Shown: in pieces, positions 13,249 to 28,358 of the stretch
Layout of the letters: each line of letters starts with the position of its first letter
Numbering within the stretch: position 1 is the first letter of the stretch
Source of the DNA: Bigelowiella natans CCMP2755
Taxonomy: Eukaryota > Protista > Cercozoa
Reading direction: 5' to 3'
Assembly: GCA_000320545.1 (NCBI GenBank)
Contig: ADNK01000036.1
Span: 1 to 64,000, forward strand
Length of the DNA stretch: 64,000 bases
Position numbers and translations under genes: made by a program
Notes under the pieces: generated by a model
What the model saw: only the letters and a program-made list of their open reading frames with translations
Database searches by the model: none
Told to the model about the DNA's origin: nothing

Positions 13249-14757
13249 CACGCACATACACATGCACGCACGCACACATACAAAGGAAGATCAATTGCTT
13301 TACGGACCAGGGAAAGAACGAAATGATCCTGCTTTCCTCCTAAACTTGGAGCGCTTTTAGACGACCCTAGAGAGAATCCGCCTGTCCTCTCCGCTTGATT
13401 TATCCCATCAAACCTTAATACAGCGCCGACAAGGGTCCTGCCGGAAAAAAGAAAAATCATGCATGTAATGGCGATGATCAAACTAACGGAGGAAGAGAGC
13501 GAGAATATTCGGTCGCCTTAAGAGTGCTGGCCCCTTAATGGGAAGATACAATGTTGCATATCATTATCATAATCTGCTGCCACTTCTAGACTACTATTAC
13601 TACTACTACTACAACAACAACCACCTTCCAGCTGTTTCTGCGTGTTCGCTATTCGCGTCGTCGCTGCCATCCACTTGCAAGTTCTGCCCAGCGAGTATAT
13701 CATCGTGAGGGTGTTAAATGAGGTTAATTTCAGGTTTATATATAATGGGAGTTGGTGTTCAAGGTGAATTCACTAGTCATGAGCTAGGGGTTCAGAGTAG
13801 TAAACAGGAGGGGAAGAAGTACCTCCATTCCCAAATATTCGTAAAATGTGGAAACGGTTTTGACGTCTGGAACTCGCAAGCTCACACCCGCTATCCTGTT
13901 CTTCGCCATTGGCCACGTGCGATCGCCTGTACTTTGAGGAAACGATGAACTAGGAAGATTCAAATCTATCCCAGCCAGTCTCAGGGCCCATTTGCTGCTG
14001 CTTTTCGAGGAGCCCCTCCCCTCACCACCGCCCTGTCGCTCCCCGCCCCCTGGACCAAGATCCATCTTTTCACCGGAAAACAGCAGCTGAAGGTAGATAA
14101 GGTGATATGTATTATTATGCGACCATAAACGTAGTAAACCCTACTAGACACCTTTTTGATGAACGCGTAGGAGCCATTGATAAAAGCCACAAAAATAGCC
14201 GTCTTCACCTGGAACAGTTCATGCAGCGATTCAGCAATAAACATAAACGAGTGCTATAATTGCTCCTACCGCCCCGTAGGCTATAGCCTTTGTTTCATCT
14301 GTACAGCACTTTTCACGACCTACAGGATTAAACTTCTTCTTACAAGCTCGCACTAGGAGATAATACGAGCGTGAAAATCAACATTGTACGGATCCTCCCT
14401 TCTAGTTCTTTAACATCGATGAAGGGAGAATGCGGCAAATTTTACGCTACCTCCTGACGGGCCCTCGTAGCGCCAAGTTGTTCGAAGACGCTGCAATGAC
14501 ATCAAAAAGCATTGTGAGAAGGAACAGGAGGAAGGAGGACTGCGATGTTAATTTCATACCGTATCGTTGGGGTCGTAAACCGCGACAGCGAAAGTAATCA
14601 GTGCAGTTACTGCAAAGGATCCAGCAACGAGAAAACGTCTACGACGACGATTTTTGTTGTGTGCCTCATGGATGAGAGGGGGGGTTTCGATGGGCTCATC
14701 GGAGGCGCAGGAATAGTACCCCTCTTTTTTAGCCGCTGTGGCACGACGGGGCGCCAT
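10674..14757 (-). CDS. Two-domain glyoxalase I (lactoylglutathione lyase, GloA/plant GLYI-like) with N-terminal leader and acidic C-tail
   Basis: Exons encode LRVPDVKTVSTFYEYLGME, HDKAFGH, GSSVKRPGPVAEGGTQ, MGYGKETEGTVLELGYHYG, GDGFSHLTI, ILDPDGFKVTLVD. Hydrophobic stretch FLVAGSFAVTALITFAVAVY near the N-terminus. Confidence 0.87.
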
Positions 14758-15269
14758 TGCGTTACGACTGAAATTATGCCTTTCTTTATATAGATATATT
14801 CAGTATATTATCTTCCAAAATGTAACATGGATTATGTAGATCCCGACGCTTTCCGGTGAACAAAATTCTAAATGGAATCTGTAATAGATCGGTCTAAACT
14901 AGTACTAAAAACTGTCTACTCAAAGGTTGTTGCCATGTTGTTCTGAGTCCGAATTTTGCCGACATCGTTCAGATCTGACTTGTTACCGTCGCGCGTAACC
15001 TAAAGGTTACTAATGCAGGTCCGATTATATCTGTGACATGGTTTATTTACGGGAAAACTCGTGATTACCGCTCCTGAGCAGGAGCATCGAAAACTCTCAT
15101 CGGCTGAATCTTCCATCACCACCCAGGAGCCGAGAACCGTCCAAGAGTGTGCCAGGCCATTTCACCTATCAGCTACGAATAACCCACTCCTCTCCAGAGA
15201 AGCAGTCATCCCACTAACCAGAATAAACCAGAGCGGAATCAGAGACGGGAGAGCGTAGGACAGGACATA
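14758..15269. promoter_or_regulatory. Putative bidirectional promoter between glyoxalase I and XRN1
   Basis: ~510 bp between divergent start codons. Inferred from geometry only. Confidence 0.4.
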
Positions 15270-16315
15270 ATGGGGATTCCAAAGTTCTACAGGTGGATCA
15301 GTGAAAGGTACCTTCCCAATCTCTGAATCATGGATATAATCGCAACCACCTCTGAACTTGTACTTTGTTCACGCTCTCGCTCGAAGGTATCCTCTTATCA
15401 ATGAAGTGGTCACGAGGAGCAGTGCGCCGGAATTCGATTGCCTGTATCTTGATATGAACGGCATCATTCATAACTGCACCCACCCGGAAGACCTGGTATG
15501 CAGCAATGGACTGTATTGTATTAGCCGATGGTAATGTAACTCTTCTTCTTTGTATCCATAGGATGTTACAAAAGTTCGGTTAACTGAGGAGCAGATGTTC
15601 GCACGCATCTTCGAGTGAGCTTAATCGCACTACAGAGTGAAATATAGCAATGCTCATCTTCATCCTTTCAACCCTCCCCCCTTCCCCCCCCAAAAAAGGT
15701 ACATCGACCGCATATTTCACCTAATCAAGCCCAAGAGACTATTATTCATGTAAGAAAGAACACTCGTTAAAACCTTCAAAACAGATTGTCAAACCACGAT
15801 GATAGGGAGAGGATAGAATCCTTCCCCCATCGTAGCCGCATTCTTAAAAAAGGAGGACCGGCATTACTAAAATATAACTTATTATTGCTATCATTATCAT
15901 GCATAGGGCTGTGGACGGTGTAGCTCCTCGTGCTAAGATGAACCAGCAGCGGCAGGTTCGACATGCTAGCATCAGCTCGTGATTTGGTGTTTTGCTCTAG
16001 AATTCACAGCTGTCATTTAGCTCATTTCTCGTCGGTTTTCAAACTTCGGCGTATCTGTCCTCTTTCCAATCAGCGGCGCTTCAAGAGTGCGAAAGAGATG
16101 AAGGAGCAGTTGGAGATGGTACGAGAATAATGGCACTAGTAGGCGCTAACAGTAGTGAGTAGTAATAGCAGTTGTATATGTATTCATATTCGTATTTTCG
16201 TGTTTGATTAATTTACGCTTTAACATATGTGCATGTGTGCTATCAGGCACAAAATACAGGCCACACCGTACACGGTACACACCTACAGATACAAGCATGA
16301 TAATGTTTTGTGTCT

Positions 16316-16351
<36 letters not shown>

Positions 16352-16662
16352 CCACGCGCAAAAAGATAAGTTTCTGTATTATCAGCGGCAGATACTAGAA
16401 TCAAACAGCAAAGCTGATCATTATAACACCAGCTGCAGCAACAGCAGCAGCTATGCAAAATTTTTTACCTTGTGATTTTGAGTGTGTGATGAATAATAAT
16501 ATGCAGAGAATGTGTTCGATTCCAACTGCATCACTCCTGGGTTTGTCTGCAAGAAATGAAGAAAAGAAGAATTAGTAGCAAGAGAGGAATTTTGATCAGT
16601 CAATCGTGCCAACGGAAACAATATTTATTTTATTTTAGAAGTCAAATAAATTATGCATTCAG

Positions 16663-16705
<43 letters not shown>

Positions 16706-17919
16706 ACTCATAAGTACGTGCTTGTTTTATCATCGAAGCACCGAGTTCATGGAAAAAGTGGCGACACATCTCCGCTTCTTCGTTCGCTCCAAGATGCAAA
16801 ACGACAGGGCATGGAGGTGCTAATGAGAGAACAAAGCAGATCATATATGAGTATACATCTGTCACCGATTTCTTCTCACTACACCGCACTGCTAGGAATA
16901 TCCGTGTTATCCTGTCCGGGCCTGACGTTCCTGGGGAGGGAGAGCACAAAATCATGCTTTATATCCGCCGAATGAAGATGAAATCCGGGGTTTATCATGA
17001 ATTAGTGATGAGAATTACTTTGCTAGCGTTTTGTATCATCGCATCCTTGACTCCCAAACTTCGACAAATCATCATCATACAACAATGTGTCACCGGCGGT
17101 AGTAGTAGTAGTTGTTGTTGTTGTTGTTGTTGTTGTAGTTGTAGCAGAATATAGTGCGTGAGTAGTATCTGTAATAATTAGCCAATGAGGAGGAAATACT
17201 GCTACTACCGCTACTACTACTACGATGTTCTTTCTCTCTTATAGCATCAACAACATTAAGTAACACAAAAAACATTATTGTCACCCTGGTAGTAAGAAAG
17301 CTAATTACATATCACCAGTACCCTTCGAATCTGAGGCACTGTCTATATGGCCTGGACGCCGATCTGATCATGCTTGGTAATCATGATGATGATAATGATA
17401 ATGATGATGATGAGCGGGGTTTGGTTAAGTACCGAACATCACCGTCGTAGTGTTGTCGATCTCTCCTCTTCCTCCTCCTCCTCCTCCTCCTCCTCCTCCT
17501 CCTCATCATGTATGCGTGTGTAGCTCGGATACCATCATAGTAAACGGTGGTGTAATATGCGTATGATGTGTGTACATTATGGTTGGCATCTTGATAGGTC
17601 TCGTGAGCCATGAACCGCACTTCGCACTGCTACGAGAAGAGGTCGTCGGCTTCTTATCATTACTTACTTATGATGGATTGACTCCTAGTCACAGCTGCGG
17701 TAGAATGGTGTGTGGTGGGGGGGGGGGCAAACTGGTAGGAGAACCAAGAGGAAGCAAACACAGAACATCCCTTCGGATGATTGATTGACGATGCCATAAC
17801 GATGGTCGCTTATGAGCCAATTGTATCTGTACGCTTCGTCGTTCCGCGTAGGTCATTTTTGGCCGAAAGCAAAAGCAGAGGACGAACGTGAAGCAGGTGT
17901 GTTTTTGTGTTTGTGTACA

Positions 17920-17981
<62 letters not shown>

Positions 17982-19378
17982 TCATACTAGTTGTTCTCTA
18001 TTGAATTGCAAAACAATATATATGTTATCTTGGTTATTCTAATGAAAAGGGAGCTCTACTACCTACGACAACTACTCAATATTGCAACGTCGTACCAAAT
18101 CACAGGCTGAGAAGTTTCAGCTGCTTCATCTCTCTCTCTTGAGGGAATATCTATCGATCGAATACAAAGGTGAATAAGATTCAGACATAAGCGGGGAAGG
18201 GGGGGGGTGAGGGGGTGGAAGTTTGCAAGTTTCAAGGATGGAGAGGGAGTCCCAGAAACAGAGTTATTTATCGTGCAAAGTGTTGATATAAAGTGAGCGA
18301 GTCAGCTTAAATCTACAGCAACTGTATTTCTCATTGCGTCGATCCGCGGCGACGACATATATCCGCAAATATAATATTATTTACATATATATATATTACT
18401 TCTCAATCAGCAGTGTCTCATATTGCCACGGAAATGTTGCTTCTCTGTCTGTTCTTCTTCCCGGTATTGTGTGTGTGTGTGTGTGTGTGTGTGTGATAGG
18501 AATACAAGTTCCAGTCTATCCTTCGGAAGAAGAGAAAGACGCGAAAGAAACGAAGAAGGATGATGAAGCGCCACAGGGCCCAACAAAGGCAAGAGAATAA
18601 GACGCCTTTAATCCTAAATGAGCACTGACAGAGAACATAGATGATGATGATTTTCGTTCTGTGATTCTGCCTTGTGTTGGGAGGGGAGATAACAAACATA
18701 CCACGCGACACTTGAAACGAGCATTCTAAACACATGCATGTGAGTACACGCTCTTTTATACTGCTCAACGTGCGTGTGTGTGTGTGTGTGTCGTACTAGA
18801 TTGAAAGGGATGATAGTGATGATGATGGCGGTAATGGCGACCAAGCAGCCGAAGAAATTCCTGGTGAAATCACCAAATCAAGCGTGGTACCGAAGGCGAA
18901 GGAAGATGCGAATTTGCGCGATGATCAGAAGAGAAATATGGTTCTTGTTGATACGGTGAGGGTTTTTTTGACTTTAAAAAAGCAGCTAGATGTTCGCCTA
19001 TGAGCCGCACCTTCTTCCATGCATAAATAATAACAACAAAAATAATAATAATAATAATAATAATACACGGCGGGGGAACGCAAAAGATAGGTAGATAATC
19101 TCTGGACAAATATACCGATTAGATGAGCATCGATGATTCCTGTCTGGCGACGACGACACACAATATCACATCATCTTGTAGAATCACCTACAACATTTTC
19201 TGTTCAAATTCTTCTTCCCCTGCTGCTTAGGAAAGAGTTGTCGACGATTTTGTGTTCCTCTGTTTCTTCGTCGGTACAACTACTGCCATCACCACTACCA
19301 TCATTATCGATCGCCGTGAGAGCCGCCGACCCCCTCGCCACCCCTCAATCTTATTCTCAATGTCGACTCCCCAACCAG

Positions 19379-19416
<38 letters not shown>

Positions 19417-21068
19417 TTTTCTCTTTTTTCTGCTATTGCTATATCCTCATCACCACCACCGTCATCCTCACAATCTCTCCTTTCCTCCCTCCCTCCCTCC
19501 TGTAGGCATGACTTTATCCCAAACCTGCCAATGCTGGACATCGCTGAGGACGGCCTCAACCGCATCTTTGAGCACTACAAGACGCACATTCTACCCCAGC
19601 ATGGCTACGTCACACAGAACGGCACCGTCAATCCAAACCCGGCGCGCGAGCTCTTTAAGCAAATGGCAAAGATAGAGGTGAGGACGAGGCGAAAGGCTTT
19701 ATGTGTTGTGCGAAGGAATGCTTTGCATCGGATTCTGAGTGTGAATGTGATTGTGCGTGTGCGTGCGCGCGCGCGCGCGTGTATGTGTGATATGGGTCTC
19801 CAGAGTCCCATTTTGAACCGGCGATTTAATGATGAAGCCTGGCTACGTCAAAAGATGCAGCAGGGAGGAGGAGAAGGAAGAGGCGGAAAAGGTGAGGAAA
19901 AGTGTTTCGTATTATGCGGCCTGGACAAGCACCGCATACGAACATCCTTGTATGCGAGTATATGTCATTTTATATTGATGCATATTTCGATGTACGATGT
20001 GTGGGTCAATTCATATGTGTACGCCTTACACAACCACCGCGAAGAAGAAGAAGAAGAAGAAGAAGAACGAAGACACACAAGGAGAAGAAGGGGAAATATG
20101 ACACACACACACACACAGCAGTAGTCCCGAATTGTATGTTCCGTGTACGCCTCGATCGTTGTTGCACGGATTGTGTTGTAAGAGTAGTTGCGTTTTTCAT
20201 CATGTTTCTTTCCAAATTCGATCGCAAAGATGGCGGGATGTTCAGGCCGAAGAAGGTTGACGAGGCAATCAAAGCAGAGGTGAGTCAATTCCCAACTTAG
20301 GACCACCACCAGCAGCAACAACAACAACAACAATACCAACAACAAGAGATAGATAGATAGATAGATAGATAGATGAATAAGATAGATTGCAGAAAATGAA
20401 GTCAAGGCCAAAAATCAGGCGGAGTTCGTTCAAGCGGTGGAACTTGCACAATCAGGAAAGGGACTACTCAAAGACGACGGTGGTGTATCAAATCGAAGCA
20501 TACACCATTACATCACTAAAACAGAAGTCAACTATTTGTGCGGGATACTTCAAATACATCATCCTCCTCGCCATCACCGTCATCAACAAAATGCAATACA
20601 TCCTACCACCCATAGGTGGTGTTGTCCTGGCGGAGAATGTGCGTTATTACCGCAAGAAATTCCCCGAGTTCTTCCGTGACGAGGAGGGCCGAATACGCGA
20701 CGCGGCAGAGAGCAAGCGCATGATCGAGAACCTGTGCGAAAAGTACTGGGAAGGCCTCAACTGGGTCTTGCTTTATTACTACCAGGTGGTGGTTAATACT
20801 TGTAGTAGTAGTAGTAGTAGTAGTAGTAATAGTAGTAGTAGTTGTTGTAGTAGTAGCAGCTGTGTAGATGACTATCACATATAATAAGGACTCTCTCGGC
20901 TGCTGTTGTTGATGATGATGATGATGGTTATATTGAAAAATAATAATAATAATAATAGGGTTGTGCGGCGTGGGGCTGGTACTTCCCCTTCCATTATGCG
21001 CCAATGAGTGCGGAAATGGCCACGGTGCGAACATAGCACCAACACAATCACTATCATCACCTATCAGC

Positions 21069-21107
<39 letters not shown>

Positions 21108-21430
21108 GACGTCGGAGATGAAGGCGATCATCACACCGACATCCAATCAGAAGACAAGATGGGGGGGGGGGGGGGGGGGATGGGGCAGAGAGATTGATGT
21201 TCTAAACCTGGAATCACCCTTTTCACCAAAGTCTCGTAAGGAATTCGTACACACGCACACACGCACTTGAGACGGCAACTTATCCTGACGAGTAATCATT
21301 CACGTCTATTCATAGGTTGCTCCTAACCAGCTCCGTATCCCGAAGTTTGAGGAAGGGAAACCGTAAGACGACGAAAACAACTGACACGACAATGCTCATT
21401 TATGTACACTTGTGTGTTTATGTGCGTGTA

Positions 21431-21475
<45 letters not shown>

Positions 21476-21781
21476 GTGTGCGTGAAATTGTGTTGGTGAA
21501 GATGCTGATGATACCTACGAGATGATGATGGGTTATTATTCCTAATACGCCGAAGCAATTTAGCGCTAATGTTTATGTTGATGGCGGCATAGATATCGGC
21601 CTCTGGAACAATTGCTTTCAGTTCTCCCACCTGCCAGCAAGAAGGTGTGTGTATGTGTGTGTGTGTGTGTGTGTGTGTATCTAAATATCTGATTGAATGT
21701 TGTTGCTTCCTTCAACTCCTCATCTTCCAAAGTTCCTTCCTCTGCCATATCGAGAGCTTGTCGAGAAAGGTGGTCAATCGA

Positions 21782-21819
<38 letters not shown>

Positions 21820-21981
21820 CATCACAAACTATAATAGCCCAGGAGAAAACAACATCGATTATACTTGAAGTAATACACGAACCACGACGAATGAATGATG
21901 ATAATACCCGTGGACGCACTCAAACTTAATACTGCATCTTGCACTATGTATATGCGTGATTCCCCTTGTTTACTGCTGCTG

Positions 21982-22021
<40 letters not shown>

Positions 22022-22353
22022 CCCCCCCAAGGCTCCCCCTTAAAAGCCTGGTACCCTGATGAATTCAAGGAAGATCCAAACTTTAAGAAGGTACTTGGAC
22101 AAAACAGAAAGAAGACGAACAAGAGCAGCAGTGATTGCCTGTGACCAGCACTCATGATGCCTCATACCATCAACATGCAGAGGCGTATCGCTGTTCTTCG
22201 TTCTCCAATCAGTAGAGTATTATCCGCAGTAATAGTGACGAATACCTCCCATCCATGAGATGATATGATATGATGATTAGGCCCCGTGGGAAGCCATTGC
22301 CCTGATTCCATTCCTCGACGAGAGCAAACTTCTTGGTGATGTAAACATATGTA

Positions 22354-22387
<34 letters not shown>

Positions 22388-23034
22388 AACATATAAATAT
22401 GTGGAGGGGGCGAGATGCAAGGATGAAATGGCGGAAAGAAGCCCCCCCTTCCCTATCTCCCCCCCCCTCCAACAGCATAGAGTCAACAATCACGATGAAG
22501 AAGAAACCATATCCGTGCCTTTGGGGGCATGGGTTTTCGAGTTGCACAAAACTGTTTTATCACACAACTTCGTCCTTTTTCTCTAATGGTGGGCGCGCAG
22601 GGGTGATCAGAGAATCGAAATGCGAAGCGCGCTTGTCGGCCGCCGAGAGGCGACGTAATGAGCCAGAAGGACGCTGCTACCTCTATCGGGGACTCATCAG
22701 CAGTGATCGGTCGTCTGTACCTAGAGGGGGGAGGAGGAAAAAGAAGGAAAAACAAGATGAGGAGGAGGAAAAGCGAGAGAATGAAGCCGTGGTCCCCAGC
22801 ACACTTCCAAGACTGTTTCCCAGCATAAGAACGCCATTAAGGTGCTACTACTGCTCACTGCGACGATGAGTGTTATTGTCAAGTCCTGCCTGTTTCTCCT
22901 CCGTCCTCCTCTTACTCCTTCTTTCTCACTGCACACTCAATTTGCGGGTTGCATACGCGCATCATCAGCATCTCCACTTCTCTCACATTGCGCCGGTAGC
23001 TTCGAGTTGACGTGATGTGTGTTGTGCGTGTGCA

Positions 23035-23068
<34 letters not shown>

Positions 23069-23267
23069 CGTGTCTTCATTCAAAGCGAGGAGCGTGTATG
23101 GCCCTTCCCGACAAAGGATCGCCCCTTCGAGCCGAAGGTGCCTCCAGGGTGCAAGAGACCTGCAGTGGTATGCAATGACACAAACGATTATAATCTGCAC
23201 TTTAGCCTATGCTACTTTTGTTGCTTCGACCTAGTCCTTTGCGGCGTCCATCTAGTGCCTTTTCTCG

Positions 23268-23298
<31 letters not shown>

Positions 23299-23399
23299 TA
23301 TCATCATTATCATCAACAACTGCTCATCCTTTTTCACAATCGTGGCCACACGCAGTGCTCTGCCTCCTCCTCACCTGCATTGTTGTAGCACACACATCG

Positions 23400-23443
<44 letters not shown>

Positions 23444-23605
23444 GATGGCTCTCTTCCATAGGGATTTCCGTGCATTTCTTACTTGCAACCATCGGGCTGC
23501 TTGGAGAATGGTGGGATCAATCTCTTCGGCTTTGCGACACGGAGGCCTTCTCTGATGCTCAGGTCAGGAAAAAAACAAGACAACGACGGATACACCTACA
23601 AGAGT

Positions 23606-23640
<35 letters not shown>

Positions 23641-23931
23641 GCTACTACTACCACCGACAAAAAGATATGAATGTTGGCAATAATCCCTCCACAAGTGTCA
23701 TCTCCTCCCCATCATGGATGGAGCTCCTCGGCTAACCCAACTCACCCCCTCCCCACCCCTCTGATTTCACCTTCCTCCTCCTCCTCCCAGTCTGAAGCCG
23801 GTGGTCTTCCCTACCTCCCGTCTTGCACAGCACTTCTTTGCAAAAAAGAGCCAAAATAAGAGGTAATTGTGCTGCTGCTGCTGCCGCTGCTACGAGTGGT
23901 GATGATGAAGATAATAATAATGATAATGATA

Positions 23932-23964
<33 letters not shown>

Positions 23965-24728
23965 GCGATGTGTGCATTCCTGCCAAAACTAGCAAGAAGA
24001 ACATACGCGCGTAATGTAGCTTTTGCTGTTGCTCTTGTTCCTTCCCCTCCTCCTCCTCCTTCTCCTCCTCCTTCTCCTCCTCCTCTTACACCCCTCTCTC
24101 CACTCCTCCGGGGGTATATTTAGACTTGCATATGTTGGTTGGCCTCGGCTGGTAGAAAGTGTCGTCGTGGCTATTAACGATGGCAAGAACCTCTACTCCG
24201 CCAATGGGACAAGAAAACTTGGTGAGAAAGATATTGAAGCCAGGAGCCTATGCTTGATCACTCGTCTTTGTTACTTCTACCCTCTTTTCCAATCCTCTTG
24301 CTAGTCTTCTCTTTGACACATCTTCCCTCCTCCGGCTCCCCCCCCCCCCCCGATTTGACACGACTACTATTACCACGGCCACAGGGGCAGCTGAGTGCGA
24401 GAACTTTCGTCGCAAAGCGGCGGGTATTGCGAATCGCTATAAAAGCAAGATGGGGGTTAAGATTGGCGAGGTAGTACATCGGAGAAAAAGAATGGAGAAC
24501 GCCGACAGTGATATCGCTTCCTGCTGCAATGATAGAAGCATCGAATGATTCATCTCTCCTTTGTTCTGGTTGTAAACACGTCGTTGCATATCGTGGGTGC
24601 TGGAACGAAGGACGAGTTTTTGCAGTTTTTAGCCATCTGGCTGCCCCTTTTTGTGACTACTGCTAGCTAGCAAGGAAATAGCAGGGCAGATTATGATAAT
24701 TGTAGTAGTAACGTCCTTGCTCACTACT

Positions 24729-24785
<57 letters not shown>

Positions 24786-26283
24786 TGTGTGTTTCTGTTC
24801 CCCCCCCCCCCCCCCCCCATGCAACTATGCACGCTGAAGGTAAAGGTGATCTTGTCGGTGCTTCCGTTCCTACGAATGGCGCGAGAGCCTTCTGGTGCTG
24901 TGACGAAGCGTTTCGGGCAAGTCGCGCAAGAGCATCCAGGGCAAGCTGTTCTGCTCAGGAACCCAAGGCCTGACCCACGCCATCAGGAGGAACTTGCACT
25001 TCGGCCTCTCAGTGAGGAGTATCCGGTTGGGAGCCAAGTGATATATCTTGGAGGAAGAGGAAGGGGGAAGAGGGGAACATCATCGAGGCAGCAGCCGCAG
25101 CACGAGGGGGAGCGTGGTGAGTGTAAGCATGAGCTCTTTGGCGCAGTGGCAAAGGTGAAGGGTTACGTCCTCAAGGGAAAGAAGCTGGAGTTGGATCTCA
25201 TCTCCCCGAGTGATGATAGTGGTACTGAAGTGGTGATGATGATGACGACGATGATGAAGAGGCAGAATAAGGAGAGGGAATTATGTCTGTGTGCAACTGT
25301 GGATACTTACTTTGCGAGTGTGTTGGTTATTCACTGCTCTGATGATATTTTTATGTGACGATATTTTGGTGTGGATGATAATAGAATCGCTCGAGCTATT
25401 TCGGAAGGCCATTAGAGATGCACGCAAGGCAGAGGTTATCGTCATCATAATCATCATATTCCTTTCTTCAAGTGTGATAAAATGGGAGAGGTGGGGGGGA
25501 GGGAGAAAGCAACTTCTGTGATGACACAACATGATGATGGTTTTTAGTGTGTGTTCTCCCATCATCATCATTATCATCATCAAAATCACCATCATCATCA
25601 GGAGAGGTATTTTAGCGAGACGGACGTAGCAAAGGCACTGAAACTGAGCCAAAGCGTTCTGTCCCGAATCGCGGATTCCCTGGTAGTACACTTTCGTCGA
25701 TGACATGACACGATAACGATCATATTTGCTCCTTCTGAATTTGCTACTATCGGATACATCGGTTCTCCTACCAACTTCGTCCCCCCCCCCCCCCCCCCCC
25801 CCCCGTGCGTGAAATAGAATTTCAATCCGGGATTTCGCAACGTGGGACTAAGACTTCGTTCCTCGAGACGCAGGGAGATGGTTCTGGGTTGGACACGGTG
25901 GAATTGGAAAAGGAGCAGGTGATAATGATGCAACGAATAAATGCATCGAGGAATGAATGGACGAATCAATAAATGACTAGATATAGCATTTCGTGGGGAT
26001 TCTCCTACAGAAAACCCAAAAAAACGATGAAAGTATCGATGATTCCGGTTCTGCGACTCAGTGTCGTCGATCTTCCGTTTCGTCTCTATTATCTCAAAAG
26101 CAAGCTTTTTCGAGATATTTGTTTTATGTTTATGAGATGTACTAACCCTATGTTCGTTCATCGCTGCCTTTACTACTACGACGGTCAAACAAATCAATCA
26201 GCTGGGAGTACAGTGCACGTGCCATTAAAGTCTTACTCGAATACAAGGTCAAACTAATTATCACAATATAAATATATACATAT

Positions 26284-26369
<86 letters not shown>

Positions 26370-26540
26370 CAGCGCGCGTACGTCGTCAGGAGAATTCTGA
26401 AATGGATATCTTCCTCAATAATTCGTGGGATGTGTTGCTTCTCCTCCGCCCCCCCCCTGTTTCCCCACCAGAGCGCCTTTCCACGAGTGCTGCTTCACGT
26501 TCACCAGAGCAAATACAGTCACGCCTACAACGCGGAGGTG

Positions 26541-26572
<32 letters not shown>

Positions 26573-26595
26573 GCTACCCGCTTCGATTTAATTTG

Positions 26596-26632
<37 letters not shown>

Positions 26633-26956
26633 ACTGAGGACTTAATTGACTCACGAAGGATTGGCATGATCATCGTGTTCTATTGTGCTACATCATCATC
26701 GACAACACCAACAACAACAACAACAACAAATAGGACATAGTGGACACGGTGCATGGAGGACGAGGGAGCCGAGACCAAGTCGTCGTGTTTCCTTTTGCTT
26801 GATTTCCTATCACCATCGCCGATCTCGATTCGCTTGCTTTTCCGTTCCTATCAATGGCTGATGTGTTGTGATGATGAGCGAGTCCTTTGCAAACCCAAAA
26901 ACTAGACTTTGCCGGCTTGTTGAGTATTGCTAAAAAATGCTTATATGGTTTCTCTC

Positions 26957-26996
<40 letters not shown>

Positions 26997-27069
26997 TCTT
27001 TCTCTCTCATCGGTTCTAACAGGCCATTCAAGCCATACGCAGAATAGAGAGCTGGATAGCCTCAAGAGG

Positions 27070-27104
<35 letters not shown>

Positions 27105-27685
27105 CTAGAGGACGTGCGCCGCCGTGTGCGTCGTTTTACCACTCTGCATGCAGAGAGCGAAAGAGGGGAGAGAGAAATTAAAGAAAGGCTCTCACACTAC
27201 TCACACTCACACGCACATGTACGACGTATACAAATGAAAGGTCTCGATCGTCTCCCAGCTTGCCCGAGCACTAGCCGAGTGCTTCCTCTCAATGGTATCC
27301 AGGCTGTTGTGAGGCTCACAGATGCAATACGCGACAAGCGGGGGAGGAGGAGAGCGGGGTCATCATTCAACAACGATGAGGAAGATGACCACGCACAGGA
27401 GGGGGAGGAGGAGAAAGACGCCGAAGGAGGAGAAAACGAGCAGGAACATCTGCCCCCAGGGGCGATACTGAAGAAGGGTGGCGACGAAAGCAAAGGAAGG
27501 GAAACACAAGCTTTCGCAGCTGTACCGCGTTCTCTGGTGTACGCTCGGAACCCGTACCCTGCATGGTCACCCTCTAACCGATTCAATCCAGGAGATCGAG
27601 TGGTAAGTATCTAAATCAACGGGAGAACGGAGGGGAGGGGGGGGAGGAATTATCATCTATTTGCACACTGTATACACACATACAC

Positions 27686-27724
<39 letters not shown>

Positions 27725-27969
27725 TAATGCATACTTATAAATTATTTAGTATGCTTTTGATTTTGATGGGGTGGGGGGTGCAAAGCGCAAGAGAACGCAA
27801 AAAGGGTATTACAATTCTAACAATATACTAAACCAAGGTGAGTCTTCGTGACGACAGAGGTATGGCCTTCGGTGCCCTCGGAACTATAATCGCCGTCCAC
27901 AAGATCTCCGAATTGAGTGCGTATAATCATGAGGAGTGCTCTTTCACGAGAATATTTTCTCCAATCCTC

Positions 27970-28038
<69 letters not shown>

Positions 28039-28358
28039 TGTGTGTGTGTGCTTGTGTTATCTTGAATTGTTTGAATGTCCCCAACCATTTTTGCTCTGAT
28101 ATGAAACTTTTGACCTGACAGGCGAGCCGTCGCCATTGGGCTTGGACTTATTACTGGATGCCCCAACCCCAGCAGCTGGCACCCTTGCTGGTCGCGTCCC
28201 AGAAGGAAGAGGTGGTTCTCTCTTAGTAGTAATCTGCACATTTTGGCCGTTAAGAATGTGCCTAATGCGTTTTTTTAATGGGTTGTGTTGCTTTCACAAA
28301 ACTAGGGATATCGGTGTCTGCTGCTGACGTGCTGAATCTATCACAGAACCCTGTTTGA
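15270..28358 (+). CDS. XRN1: 5'-3' exoribonuclease 1, many exons
   Basis: [126 protein letters not shown]1-type C-terminal region ([31 protein letters not shown]) ending QNPV-TGA at 28358. Confidence 0.95.
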
